64,000 bases of DNA from a virus. The position numbers were made by a program, and so were the translations under genes. The notes under the pieces were generated by a model. That model ran no database searches, was not told where the DNA came from, and saw only the letters and a list, made by a program, of their open reading frames with translations. The DNA lies in the IMG/VR virus record IMGVR_UViG_3300045988_171260. One strand, written 5' to 3'. Within the stretch, counting starts at the first letter, position 1. Every line of letters starts with the position of its first letter. Positions 9,572 to 19,939 of this stretch are shown piece by piece.

Positions 9572-9949
9572 CTAATCTATCTGTTTATTTCTTCCTTCAT
9601 CAGTTAAACTATAAGTTACTGGATCTTTACCAACTTTTTCAACAAAACCATTTGCAATAATTTTTCTCATTGAACCAGAAACTGAACGAGATGACATAAA
9701 AAGCCCCTCTCCAATTTCTTTTGAAGTAAAAAGGTTATTATATTTATCTTCATTAGATTGCATATATTTTAAAATCTTTGAGCCATTCTCTGTCATTTCA
9801 CTATTGTTAGGGCTTTTCTTATCACTTAAAAACTGACTCCAAAAATTTTTAATATCTTCCCAATCTTCCCCGCATTGTTCTACATATATATCTTCTCTTT
9901 CAAAAATCTCTGATTGAATAAAATTTATAAATTTTTCTTTTTTTGTCAT
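9572..9949 (-). CDS. winged-helix DNA-binding protein (one of three paralogs)
   Basis: SRSVSGSMRKIIANGFVEKVG...YSLTDEG shared with 11789..12064 and 59974..60357. Confidence 0.45.
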   Translation of the reverse strand: MTKKEKFINFIQSEIFEREDIYVEQCGEDWEDIKNFWSQFLSDKKSPNNSEMTENGSKILKYMQSNEDKYNNLFTSKEIGEGLFMSSRSVSGSMRKIIANGFVEKVGKDPVTYSLTDEGRNKQID

Positions 9950-10033
9950 AATTTTTTATATAACCTTTCTTTCTCTTTTATTATTATACAATAATTATAA
10001 CATTTATTTTAATAAAATTCAAATAAGTATATT

Positions 10034-10714
10034 TTATTTAAGAGGTTTTCTTCCGCAACTTCTCTCGCCTTCGTTACAATAACCAAGATACTCACATTTA
10101 GGACAAAAATAATTTGTAACTAAATATTCCCATTCTTCAGAATATTGTTTCAAAGCTTTAATTAAATCATTAAATAATTCACGATATTCCCAATAGGCAC
10201 AAGTACACATTCTTTGATGAGACATATCTATTAAAGTTCTTAAATTAATTTTACAAGAAACAACAGTAGTCATTCCAAGCGGAAGTCCATTCGCAGTGTC
10301 CTCATGTGGGATACTATAAACTTGCTCTAAAGTTAATAGCGTTTCATTTATAATAGCCATTAATTCATCCCACAATAAACTAGCACCTTTTTCTTTTTTA
10401 ATACTATGCGGGGTAATGTATTTAAAATTATTCTTAGCGTAGTCTATATATCTAGTAGAAGCCTGAACCCTTGTAGGCATCCCGCCAATATGCGTATACC
10501 ATTCTCTAATGACTCTTGCAGAATATCCATCTAAAGTTAAATACACATCGGGAAATTCCCAAGTTCTCCCATGCCCACTTTTTAAGTTATGAATACCTCT
10601 TTTGTAATTTTTCTCTTTATTATCTATAGGAGCGTTATAACAAACTCCAGACATTTCTCCAATTAATGTAATTGGATCTTTAGTAGTTCTTTCGTTAATG
10701 ATAATTTGTCCCAT
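10034..10714 (-). CDS. ThyX-like flavin-dependent thymidylate synthase homolog with divergent active-site motif
   Basis: SGHGRTWEFPDVYLTL resembles ThyX SGHxSVxEH; RHR...S motif replaced by THIGGMPTRVQASTRY; C-terminal Cys cluster. Confidence 0.55.
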   Translation of the reverse strand: MGQIIINERTTKDPITLIGEMSGVCYNAPIDNKEKNYKRGIHNLKSGHGRTWEFPDVYLTLDGYSARVIREWYTHIGGMPTRVQASTRYIDYAKNNFKYITPHSIKKEKGASLLWDELMAIINETLLTLEQVYSIPHEDTANGLPLGMTTVVSCKINLRTLIDMSHQRMCTCAYWEYRELFNDLIKALKQYSEEWEYLVTNYFCPKCEYLGYCNEGERSCGRKPLK

Positions 10715-10737
10715 CTATTACTCCTTTATTTTTACTT

Positions 10738-11544
10738 TTATTTATTTCCAGAAGTGCTATTATAGCCATAAATATCACTTTGATACATTTGAATCCAAAA
10801 TTTTTCTTTTTCGTTTAATTCTGTTCTTGAACATTCTTCCATCAATTCAAAAGAAAAATTCCAAACACCATCTTGTTGCATTGCTTTATATAACTTATTT
10901 GTTGCGGAAGCATCTATTCCCAATCCGCATTTAACGTGCTGCTTAAATCTATCTTGAATATTAACGCTTTGTCCAATATAGCATTGTTTAGTTAATAAAT
11001 TTGTAATTTTATAGATTCCGCATTTAGTAGTAGTTCCTAATATCCTATTGCACATTTCAGTTGTTTGTTTTTGAAAATAAGTTGACCAAATAATTTTATT
11101 TAAAACAACAGGTTGATGAAAAGAAACTTTTATTTTATTTAATGCCATGATATCTGATAATTCATTATCTGTAATAGTTAATTTGTAAAAGTTAATTTCT
11201 TCTTCTTTTTCTCTTTCGCGGAGTTGAGCTTGAACGCCTGCACTTAATGATTCTTTTAATTTACATAAAGATTCAGTAATTTCTTTCTTCTCTTTATCAG
11301 TTTTGACTTTATATAAATCATATCTTAATTCCATATCTTCATATGCTTTTTCTAATTCTATAACATATTGTTCTTTTGCATATTTAATTTTATCTTTATA
11401 ACTATTATATTCTTTTAATTGATTTTCTTTAAAAATGTTTAATTGTTCCAATATATCATCTTTCTTTTGACAGAAAGATTTAAAAGCATCAGATTGTTGC
11501 TCTGTAAGTAAAGATAATTCTCTTTGCCTGCCTTTGATTTGCAT
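10738..11544 (-). CDS. coiled-coil protein with C-terminal GIY-YIG nuclease domain
   Basis: N-terminal ~170 aa Lys/Glu-rich; C-terminus GIYKITNLLTKQCYIGQSVNIQDRFKQH...YGYN; start ATG 11544 (ORF track uses TTG 11550). Confidence 0.55.
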   Translation of the reverse strand: MQIKGRQRELSLLTEQQSDAFKSFCQKKDDILEQLNIFKENQLKEYNSYKDKIKYAKEQYVIELEKAYEDMELRYDLYKVKTDKEKKEITESLCKLKESLSAGVQAQLREREKEEEINFYKLTITDNELSDIMALNKIKVSFHQPVVLNKIIWSTYFQKQTTEMCNRILGTTTKCGIYKITNLLTKQCYIGQSVNIQDRFKQHVKCGLGIDASATNKLYKAMQQDGVWNFSFELMEECSRTELNEKEKFWIQMYQSDIYGYNSTSGNK

Positions 11545-11788
11545 TATCAAATTACGTTTTTGAAAAGCTAAAGAATTTAATTCTTTTAATAAAGCTTCTT
11601 TTTCTTTCTCTTCCTTTTTATTATTATATATAATAGTATTTTTTGATTTTATTGTTAAATATATCCCATAAAATAAAAAAATAATACTAATAAATAAAAA
11701 GAATATTATATAAACAATATCGGTAGCCTCCTTAAATAAAAAGAATGGGTTAAACTAATAATTAGCTTAACCCTTTTAAAATTTATGA

Positions 11789-12064
11789 TTACTCAGCCTG
11801 TTCTGTTACGTCTGGATCGAAAGCACGACCTTCGTCGGTCAAGCGAATAAATTTAACTGCTTTATGAGTGCCGTCTTCAAGCTCAATCTCTGACGGAACT
11901 CTTTCCATTAAACCTTTTCTCTGAAAAGCAGAAGTTACAATACCATTTACACTTCTTACTTCGAGACCAGTTGCTTCTGCAATATCTGCCGCTGTTACAT
12001 TCTGTCCATCTACACTCTTTACATAATCAAATACTTTTCTTGAATTTTCTTTTAATGCTGCCAT
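11789..12064 (-). CDS. winged-helix DNA-binding protein (paralog)
   Basis: 91 aa; EVRSVNGIVTSAFQRKGLMERV...IRLTDEG. Confidence 0.45.
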   Translation of the reverse strand: MAALKENSRKVFDYVKSVDGQNVTAADIAEATGLEVRSVNGIVTSAFQRKGLMERVPSEIELEDGTHKAVKFIRLTDEGRAFDPDVTEQAE

Positions 12065-12136
12065 TTTTTTCTTTCTCCTTTAATTTTAAAACATAGTATA
12101 TTTTATTTTTATTATTAGATGATTTCATCTTATATT

Positions 12137-12180
12137 TTATATAAATATTATACCAAAAATTTTTTAATTTGTCAATAATT
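12137..12180 (-). promoter_or_regulatory. sigma-70-type promoter (TTGACA-N17-TATAAT)
   Basis: Minus strand reads ttgacaaattaaaaaatttttggtataat. Confidence 0.5.
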
Positions 12181-12346
12181 TATTTTTGGTTATATAATCA
12201 TCTATCATAAACATATCTTCTAAAGATAACGTTTTCGATATTTCTTGAATTTCTTTCATATTCTCTTGAACATTTTTACCCTTAGAAAGTTCTTGTTCCA
12301 TCTTCACTATTTTAAGTGCTAAATCTTTTATTTCTTTATTCTTCAT
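12164..12346 (-). CDS. small coiled-coil protein; possibly leaderless transcript
   Basis: 60 aa; -10 TATAAT at 12353-12358 only 6 nt upstream of ATG. Confidence 0.3.
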   Translation of the reverse strand: MKNKEIKDLALKIVKMEQELSKGKNVQENMKEIQEISKTLSLEDMFMIDDYITKNKLLTN

Positions 12347-12377
12347 ATTTATATTATATCAAAAATTTTTTAAAAAA

Positions 12378-13487
12378 TCAAAAAATGCTACTTACTGTGC
12401 AGTCTTTTGCATCTTTATCTTCTCTTAAGCCTTTCCAAAATCCATGTCTAATTGTCTTTTCTTTAGAATCTAACTCCATACATTGTATTTTTACTACATG
12501 ATTAAGATAATTTTTTGGATTCTTAGACATATCTTCTTTTAATTCATCAGAAATTCCAGAATGAATAGTACCTATATCAATAATAGTTCCCTTATCATCA
12601 TATGCCCCTATTTTTATTCTGGCATTATGCCAATTATAATAATAAGGTTTTGTCACTGGAATTATTTCTTTTCCCATCTTAAGAAGTTCTTTATAAGTCC
12701 CTTGCATCCTAATACCATTTTTATCAATACAAAAATCCCAAGAGTCTAATTCTTTTCCATAGTACTCCTTCGTAGGCTCCTCAAAACCTATAATGATAGC
12801 GTCTATAAAATCTACTTTTTTTGCTTTTAAATTACTATCTGGACGTTTTCCAGGTTGATATATCTCATTTTTCTTTTTTAGAACCATTCCCTCTTCGCCT
12901 GCGGATAAGGCATTTCCAACTCTTTCATATAAATTATCTTCCCATGCTTCCGCAAGTTCAAGAAAGTCATATTTTTTTAAATTATACTTTTTCCAAACTT
13001 CTTTTAATATATTATATCTAACCAAACTGCCAGTATTTAGTAAGTTATAACCATTATATATTAAAATATCGTGAATATAATAATGAATTAGTCCATATGA
13101 GCCGTTTTGTCTTTCTATTGCTTTACCAGCCAAACTTCCCATAATAGGCGTAACATTTTTAGAACTTCCTCCTGGATAATAAATTTCTCCAATTAAAACA
13201 GTCTTATCTGGTAAACACTCTAAAGCATTAACTATATGAGGAATATTGTCATGCTTCTCTGTCAGAAGCCCAGTCTTCTTACTTACTGTTCGCCCAAATA
13301 AATAACAATCTTCATTTTTAACAAATTGATAGAAAGCTCCATCTTTTTTAAGCTGACCAAAATATTCTCCGCTTGAACAAGCTTTCTTTAATTGCTCTTC
13401 TGTAGAAGAATGAATCAGCATAGGTTCAATCATCAAATCTTCTGCTCCTGGATATAAAGATTTAATTTTTTCTTTATTAAAAACCAA
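12378..13487 (-). CDS. ATP-dependent DNA ligase (could alternatively be an RNA ligase)
   Basis: 369 aa; motif I KKDGAF, EGMVLKK (motif IV/V), LKAKK and C-terminal OB-like region. Confidence 0.6.
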   Translation of the reverse strand: MVFNKEKIKSLYPGAEDLMIEPMLIHSSTEEQLKKACSSGEYFGQLKKDGAFYQFVKNEDCYLFGRTVSKKTGLLTEKHDNIPHIVNALECLPDKTVLIGEIYYPGGSSKNVTPIMGSLAGKAIERQNGSYGLIHYYIHDILIYNGYNLLNTGSLVRYNILKEVWKKYNLKKYDFLELAEAWEDNLYERVGNALSAGEEGMVLKKKNEIYQPGKRPDSNLKAKKVDFIDAIIIGFEEPTKEYYGKELDSWDFCIDKNGIRMQGTYKELLKMGKEIIPVTKPYYYNWHNARIKIGAYDDKGTIIDIGTIHSGISDELKEDMSKNPKNYLNHVVKIQCMELDSKEKTIRHGFWKGLREDKDAKDCTVSSIF

Positions 13488-13524
13488 ATATAAACTCCTT
13501 TCATCTTTTTTCTATTGTTAAGTT

Positions 13525-15867
13525 TTATAACTTAACAATAGAAGAGATTGAACTATTCTTTAACATAATATTTCCTATGCTTGTGCGGCTTAACTTAGGA
13601 ATATCTTTTGTAGATATACATATTGATTTTGGTTTGCCTACAATTAATAAGTTATCTGAATCATCAACCATGCTTCCGCCAATGATTACTCCAGAAGTAT
13701 CTGTAGTTTTATAAATAACAACTCCCTTTCCCGCTCTTTGCTGAAGTGGTAGTTCCTCTAAAGATAATTTCTTTCCCAAACCCCTTGCTGTAACAATAGC
13801 TAAACAATCATTCTTATTACTAATTGGTAATCCCGCAATAACTTCATCATTTTCATCTAACTTAATAGCTTTAACGCCTGCGGTAACTCGTCCAATAGGA
13901 TTGATTTCATCTGTGGGAAAATGAATAGCCATACCATTCTTTGTTATAATCATCATCTCTTCTTTTTCTATGAAAGTTACATTAGCTAGAGAATCATTAT
14001 TTTTTAAATTTATTGCGGCAATACCTGTACTTCTCTTTACTTTAGTATATTCTTCTAAAGAAGTCTTCTTAATTAAACCTTGCTTAGTTACAAAAATAAC
14101 ATATTTTGCTTTTGTTTTTCTATGCAAAGAAGTAATAGCAATAACTTTTTCATCTTTTTCTATATTTATTAAAGTGCCAATATTTATTCCTTTTGATAGA
14201 TTAGTTCCAACTGGTATATTATCCACCAGAAGTCTATACATTTTACCTTTAGATGTAAAAATCATAAGAGTATCAATAGTATTAGTAGATATAACGTCTA
14301 ATATGGCGTCATTTTCACTTTTGACTCCTTTTCCATTCTTCTTCTGAACTTTAAAAGATTTTAAAGGAACTCTTTTAATATCTCCATTTTGAGCCGCAAT
14401 AACAACTACATTTTCTGGAATAATTTCTGCAACTTCTTTTTCTTCTGGCTTAATATCAATGTGAATTAATTCAGTTCTTCTGTCATCACCATACTTTTTT
14501 ACTAGTGATTCTAATTTAGTTTTAATATCAGATAACTGCAATTCTCTATTTGAAATATGTAATTCCAATTCCGCAATTTTAATTAACAAGTCTTTCTTTT
14601 CGTTTTCAAGAGTTATTTTTTCCAAACGAGCTAAACTAGATAATCTCATTGCCAAAATGGATTTAGTTTGAATTTCAGACAGCTTATAAATTTCAATTAG
14701 TTTATTTTTCGCAGCTTCTGAATTTTCTGACTTTTTAATTAAAGAGATTACATTATCAATGTCCTCTAAAGCTATCAAAAGACCTTCTACAATATGTAAT
14801 CTATCTTTTGCTTTCTTTAAATCAAAAGTCAATTCTTTTTTTAAACATTCAATATTATGCTCTATATATATCTTACAACAGTCAGCTAAATTTAGCTCAG
14901 TTGGTACTTTATCAACTAAGGCGACTTGATTATATGATATGCTTGTTTGAAGGTTTGTTTTAGAATAAAGCTTTTTTGCTATTGAATCTAAGTTCGAATC
15001 TTTTTTACACTCGATTACAAGTCTAATTCCTTTTTTGTTTGTTTCGTCGCGGATTTCAGAAATTCCTTCTATCTCTTTTGAATCACAAACCTCACCTATT
15101 TCAGTCAGTAACCCTTCAATAGTAGTTCCATAAGGAATTTCATAAAAGACAATGTTATTTTTTTCAATTTTATATTTTCCGCGGACTTTAACAGAACCAT
15201 GTCCAGTTTTCATAATCTGCGGAATATCTTTACTATTTATTATAATTCCACCTGTTGGAAAATCCGGTCCAGGTAAAAGAGGCTTTTTTCCGTCCATGTA
15301 ATCATAAATAGCTTGTGCAACTTCCTTAAGGTTGTGCGGAAGCCAGTTACAGGCGATGGCAACTCCAATTCCAGTATTTGGGTTACACAGTAAGTTTGGA
15401 AAAATAGCTGGTAAGGTTACTGGTTCATCCAGAGTTTCATCATAATTTTGAATAAAATCAACATTTTTCTTTTTTAATCCAGATAATAAGCCATCTTCTG
15501 CAATTTTACTTAATCTTGCTTCTGTATAACGAGATGCAGCAGGTCCATCTCCTGCAATATTTCCGTTATTACCATGCCAGTCAATAAGAGGGTATCGCAA
15601 TACCCAGTTTTGAGAGAGACGGACTAGAGCACCGTAGATTGAACTGTCTCCGTGCGGATGATATTTACCCATGACGTCTCCTACTATTCTAGCACTTTTA
15701 ATATGAGGTTTAGAAAAAGTTCTTCCCTCTTCAAAAGCTGACCATAAGATTCTCTTTGCAACAGGTTTTAAACCTGACTTTGCATCAGGAATTGCTCTAT
15801 CGGTATTAACTGCAACTGCATACTCTATAAAGTTCGTACCAAGTTCTTGCTTTATATCATTCTGCAT
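13525..15867 (-). CDS. type IIA DNA topoisomerase subunit A (GyrA/ParC / T4 gp52-like)
   Basis: 780 aa; ...YHPHGDSSIYGALVRLSQ...RYTEARL active-site Tyr context. Confidence 0.85.
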   Translation of the reverse strand: MQNDIKQELGTNFIEYAVAVNTDRAIPDAKSGLKPVAKRILWSAFEEGRTFSKPHIKSARIVGDVMGKYHPHGDSSIYGALVRLSQNWVLRYPLIDWHGNNGNIAGDGPAASRYTEARLSKIAEDGLLSGLKKKNVDFIQNYDETLDEPVTLPAIFPNLLCNPNTGIGVAIACNWLPHNLKEVAQAIYDYMDGKKPLLPGPDFPTGGIIINSKDIPQIMKTGHGSVKVRGKYKIEKNNIVFYEIPYGTTIEGLLTEIGEVCDSKEIEGISEIRDETNKKGIRLVIECKKDSNLDSIAKKLYSKTNLQTSISYNQVALVDKVPTELNLADCCKIYIEHNIECLKKELTFDLKKAKDRLHIVEGLLIALEDIDNVISLIKKSENSEAAKNKLIEIYKLSEIQTKSILAMRLSSLARLEKITLENEKKDLLIKIAELELHISNRELQLSDIKTKLESLVKKYGDDRRTELIHIDIKPEEKEVAEIIPENVVVIAAQNGDIKRVPLKSFKVQKKNGKGVKSENDAILDVISTNTIDTLMIFTSKGKMYRLLVDNIPVGTNLSKGINIGTLINIEKDEKVIAITSLHRKTKAKYVIFVTKQGLIKKTSLEEYTKVKRSTGIAAINLKNNDSLANVTFIEKEEMMIITKNGMAIHFPTDEINPIGRVTAGVKAIKLDENDEVIAGLPISNKNDCLAIVTARGLGKKLSLEELPLQQRAGKGVVIYKTTDTSGVIIGGSMVDDSDNLLIVGKPKSICISTKDIPKLSRTSIGNIMLKNSSISSIVKL

Positions 15868-15935
15868 TTAACTTTCTCCTTCTATCATTTTTCATATATT
15901 ATATCACACATTTCTATAAAAATCAATAAAATAAT

Positions 15936-16205
15936 TTATTTTTTGTCACTTTGAGTATATTTTGTAAAAATAAATAAATTATTATTTTCTTTTATATCTT
16001 CTAAGATAAATCCCTCTTTGTAAATGACAATTAAGTCGTTAATGCTTGGCTTTTCTGTCATTGTAAAGCTATTTATATCTCGTAGCGAGATACACCTTAT
16101 TATACTATTTTCAAAAGGTCTTTTATTTTCAATATCTGCTCTAATTTTATCCGCAGATATTGAACAATACCCTATAATTTTATCTTTCATCATATTATAC
16201 CTCAC
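15936..16205 (-). CDS. hypothetical protein
   Basis: 89-aa ORF. Confidence 0.3.
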   Translation of the reverse strand: MRYNMMKDKIIGYCSISADKIRADIENKRPFENSIIRCISLRDINSFTMTEKPSINDLIVIYKEGFILEDIKENNNLFIFTKYTQSDKK

Positions 16206-16451
16206 TTATATCAAAAGAAAGAAATCTAAAATCTAAATTTATAACGATATTATCTTTAATATTTTCCTTCTTCACAAGTTCCGAAAAAGTAACAAATTTC
16301 ATATGCGTTTACTTCATAATTATCAGATAACTCGAATTTTTTAATATGTCCAATAATAGTACCAATCTCATCTTTTACCATCATAAGCGGAGCCTCGCTA
16401 TCAAATTCTCGTACATCATTCTCTACCGCTTCTTTTGTATAAATAGTTCCA

Positions 16452-16493
16452 TTTCCTATCAGGCTTACTGACAGGAAATGGAACTCTCATAAT
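16452..16493 (-). terminator. strong hairpin downstream of GyrB-like exon 3
   Basis: agttccatttcctatcagg...cctgtcagtaagcctgataggaaatggaact near-perfect inverted repeat. Confidence 0.4.
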
Positions 16494-16509
16494 AACCTTT
16501 ATTGGATTA

Positions 16510-16912
16510 TTACTCAGCATTATATGTTGCCTCCTGCGAATGTTCTTTAATATATGCTTTTCTTGCAGTTACCCCATTTCCCATTAACTGTTCAAAAAGA
16601 ATTGAAGTTGCACTAACATCTTCAACTGTAATTTGTCTGATAATTCTTTTCTCAGGATCTGTTAAAGTTTCTTCTGTCTCGTCTACTGACATTTCACCTA
16701 ATCCCTTCATACGCCCAACCAAATACTTCTTTCCTGCATTAGCTTTTTTAAATGCCTCTAATTCTTCATCATTTTTTAAGTATTTATATTCTTTTCCAAT
16801 AGTAATTTTGTATAAAGGTGGAACTCCCGCATAAACATATCCATCCTTTATAAGTTCTGGACAAAAGTTCCATATAAATGTATAGAAAAGATTTTTGATA
16901 TGTGCCCCGTCG
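16510..16912 (-). CDS. type IIA topoisomerase subunit B (GyrB / T4 gp39-like), exon 3
   Basis: DGAHIKNLFYTFIWNF...VYAGVPPLYK; splice joins SDADV|DGAHI. Confidence 0.7.
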
Positions 16913-17285
16913 CGTCTCATTCTCATGTTTCCATAAGCACTGACTATCTTTTACTTAATATAAATTAAGGAGACCTTTTCGACATTTAACCAGCTTCGTT
17001 ACCTAAAACTAGACTACGTATCAATAGTAGCTCTACTTCCCTGCCCAGAAGGCTTAGGGAATAGTCGATACAGCTTCAATTATTCTTCATTTTATATTTT
17101 ATATTTTATATTTTGTAAGATTTATAAATATAAACTAAAGAACAAAAGTTTGCCACGGGATTCTCATACGCTTTATCATCACGATATACGCTCCAGAGTT
17201 CCCCGTTAGCATATATTATTATTATTATAGTAATAATATATACCCGCTTGATTAAGCGAAAAGTCTTTCATACGCCGTATTACTG
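16913..17285 (-). mobile_element. ORF-less group I intron (373 nt) in GyrB-like gene
   Basis: 5-prime exon ends GU at 17286, intron ends G at 16913; P1 GCGU pairs exon ACGU; GCUAACGGGGAA core and AGAUAGUCAGUGC 3-prime element. Confidence 0.65.
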
Positions 17286-17524
17286 ACGTCCGCATCTGAC
17301 ATTATAATTATTTTACCATATCTTAAATCTTCTTTATCGTAAGTTACTTTCATAGTTTTAGGATCAATTTTAAGTCCAAAAGCATCAATCATAGTCATGA
17401 TCTCAGCGTTTTTCTGAATTTGAGTTAATGTAGCTTTTTGACAATTTAAAATTTTTCCTCTTACAGGCATGACTGCCTGGAATTCGTTGTTCCGTGCTGT
17501 TTTTAAGTTACCTGAAGCACTATC
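17286..17524 (-). CDS. GyrB-like exon 2 (TOPRIM region)
   Basis: DSASGNLKTARNNEFQAVMPVRGKILN...YGKIIIMSDADV. Confidence 0.7.
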
Positions 17525-18609
17525 CGTGCATATCCCATATTTCTATAGGCACTGACTATCTCTTCACTCCGATTTGTCAAATCTTCAACGTGTCCTCTAT
17601 TTCCACTTTTGTATCAATAAAAAGTGTACTTCCAATCTCACTTGGAATAGTCGATACAGCTTATTTTATATCTTTGTATGTTTGTCGAGTTATTATATTA
17701 TATATAGTACTCCAGGCAGAATTTGGAGCATACTTTTTCCAAACTTCTTTTGGAGTCATTCCCTTATCATAATCTTTTCTCATATTTTTTACTTCTTCAT
17801 TAGAAAATTTTCTTTTGTTATTTGAAGCTATTTCAAAGCTATTAGCTTTAGCTTGGTGAGAATGCCAATATTTATTTTCTTCAGAATGATATTCTGGATG
17901 GATATCTTTCCAAGTTTCAAACCACCAAACTTTTTGTAAACCTCTTTTAGATATTTTATTTTTATATTCTTCATAAACTTGTTTAAAAGAAATATGATTA
18001 TTATAACATTCTCTTATATATTCTACATCTTCCTTGGATAATAAAGCTCTTCCATTTTTTTCACCATACTGAGATCTATTAGGATTATCTTCTCCTCCAG
18101 GAGTTGCATTATATCCTTCTTTATAAGAGTTATAATATTTAATAAAATATTTTTCAAGATCGTTTAGCATATCTTTAGAATATTCTTCATTAGATATTTC
18201 TGCAATTATTTCATAATCAAAATTTTCTAATCCATATTTTCTTATTGCTTGATGTAACTGGCTATTATAATCTTTTGCTTTTTCGTTAAAAGCTGATGAT
18301 TTATGTGCCATTTTTCTTTGTTTTAAATTAATACTTTGTCCTATATAGACTTTTTTATTAATTTTATTTTGATATTTATATATACCTATCATATATTCAC
18401 TGTCTCCTTATAATTTATTCATTACAATATGAAGGAGACTCTATTTTCATTAATAACCTTTGACAAAAATATAAAATCTTGCCACGGGATTGACTTCACC
18501 TAAACATGTTTTGACTTTCACGTATAATGGTCAGCTTTCCCCGTTAGCACGCAATTTGCGTACCCCGCTGATAAACGGTAAAAAGGATTAGGGCAATATT
18601 TTTTTACTT
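17525..18609 (-). mobile_element. group I intron (1085 nt) with GIY-YIG homing endonuclease gene
   Basis: Exon 1 ends GGU at 18610; IGS GCCCU pairs exon AGGGU; CAAAUUGCGUGCUAACGGGGAAAGCUGACC core; intron ends G at 17525 giving EIYVTEG|DSASG. Confidence 0.7.
17661..18392 (-). CDS. GIY-YIG homing endonuclease (intron-encoded)
   Basis: MIGIYKYQNKINKKVYIGQSINLKQRKMAH...NGYNATPGG. Confidence 0.85.
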   Translation of the reverse strand: MIGIYKYQNKINKKVYIGQSINLKQRKMAHKSSAFNEKAKDYNSQLHQAIRKYGLENFDYEIIAEISNEEYSKDMLNDLEKYFIKYYNSYKEGYNATPGGEDNPNRSQYGEKNGRALLSKEDVEYIRECYNNHISFKQVYEEYKNKISKRGLQKVWWFETWKDIHPEYHSEENKYWHSHQAKANSFEIASNNKRKFSNEEVKNMRKDYDKGMTPKEVWKKYAPNSAWSTIYNIITRQTYKDIK

Positions 18610-19881
18610 ACCCTCAGTCACGTATATTTCGCACTTCATTCTATCCTTTGAATAACAATCCGCGAGTTTAGAATCAAATTTTAAAACTTTTTCTTTTTTC
18701 TTTTTTTCTTTTTCTCTTGCAAGTTCTCTTGCTTTTTTCGCGGCTTCACTTGCCTTTTTCGCGGCGATTGCTTTATCAAAAATTACTTTAATCTCTTTTT
18801 CATTTGACAAGAGCCAGCTCTGAAGGGCGGTAGTAAAAGCAGATGTTTCAGGTTTTGTATCAATAGCTGTAACTCTGGATTTTACTTGAGCATCATACGA
18901 AACACTTGGAGCAGTATAATTAAATACAACGTACATTCCCTCTTGAATACTGTCACCTGTAAGGTTTTCGTCTTTTTCTTTTAACCATTTCTTATCTCTA
19001 AAAAATTTATTCATTTCTCTTGTAAGAGAAGTTTTAAGCTGTGTAATATGTGCTCCTGTATCGGTAAGACCAGTATTTACATATGGAATAATAGTTGAAG
19101 AATAATTAGAGGTGTACGTCATAACTAGATTAAGTTTAAATTTATCTTGTGAAAAATCTACATTTAATCTATTAGTTATAATTTCTTTATCTTTAACGGC
19201 ATCATCAACTAAATCATTTAAACCATGCTGAGATTGATATACTTCTTTTTTTCCGTTATTATCAAGATTAATAGTTAATCCGGGACATAAACAACTAATT
19301 GTTTTAAATAACGTTTGGATTTTATTAATCTCTACTTCTGTATTTGCAAAAAAATCTTCAGATGGCTGCCAAGTCACGACAGTACCACTTTCTCCTGTCC
19401 AGTGTCCTGTAGCCCTATCTTTAAATACTCCTTCATTAAAAGTAATTTTTTCATATTCATTATCTCTATGAGTTTCAACGGTCAGCCAATGTGACAAAAA
19501 CGTTGTGATTTTTGAACCGATACCGAATGAACCCAGTGAAGTTCCTTCATATGATCCATCTTCCCGGTATTTTCCAGATGTGTTTAATACACTAAAAGCT
19601 GCTTCAAGAACTGTTTTTCCATCTTCACGAATTGAATTGGGGATAAAACCTTGTCCATAGTCATGTACAGTTACTACGTCTTTGACGATATTAACATCAA
19701 TTTGAGTTCCATGTCCTGCATTAAATTCATCAACTGCATTAGAAAAAATTTCAACAAGTAATTGTGTTGAATAAGTACAATCACCAGCGTAAACTTGTGG
19801 TCTTAGTCGAGTAAATTCCAACGGATTTAATGAAATTAAGCTATTTTCATTATATAAATTATCTTGTCTCTCTTGTCTCAT
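18610..19881 (-). CDS. GyrB-like exon 1 (GHKL ATPase domain)
   Basis: ...EIFSNAVDEFNAGHG...DYGQGFIP...EIYVTEG. Confidence 0.75.
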
Positions 19882-19939
19882 TCTATAGTTTTATCCTTTC
19901 TATCCTTTTTTAATTATAATACAACAATCTTAAGAATTT

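Noticed and set aside
13970-14347. Plus-strand ORF inside the GyrA-like gene (and similar antisense ORFs at 7055..7276, 20208..20423, 23178..23366, 28024..28257, 28834..29106, 32019..32282, 62281..62640)
   Set aside because: Antisense to well-supported genes; Phe/Leu/Ile-rich translations typical of reverse strand of AT-rich coding DNA.
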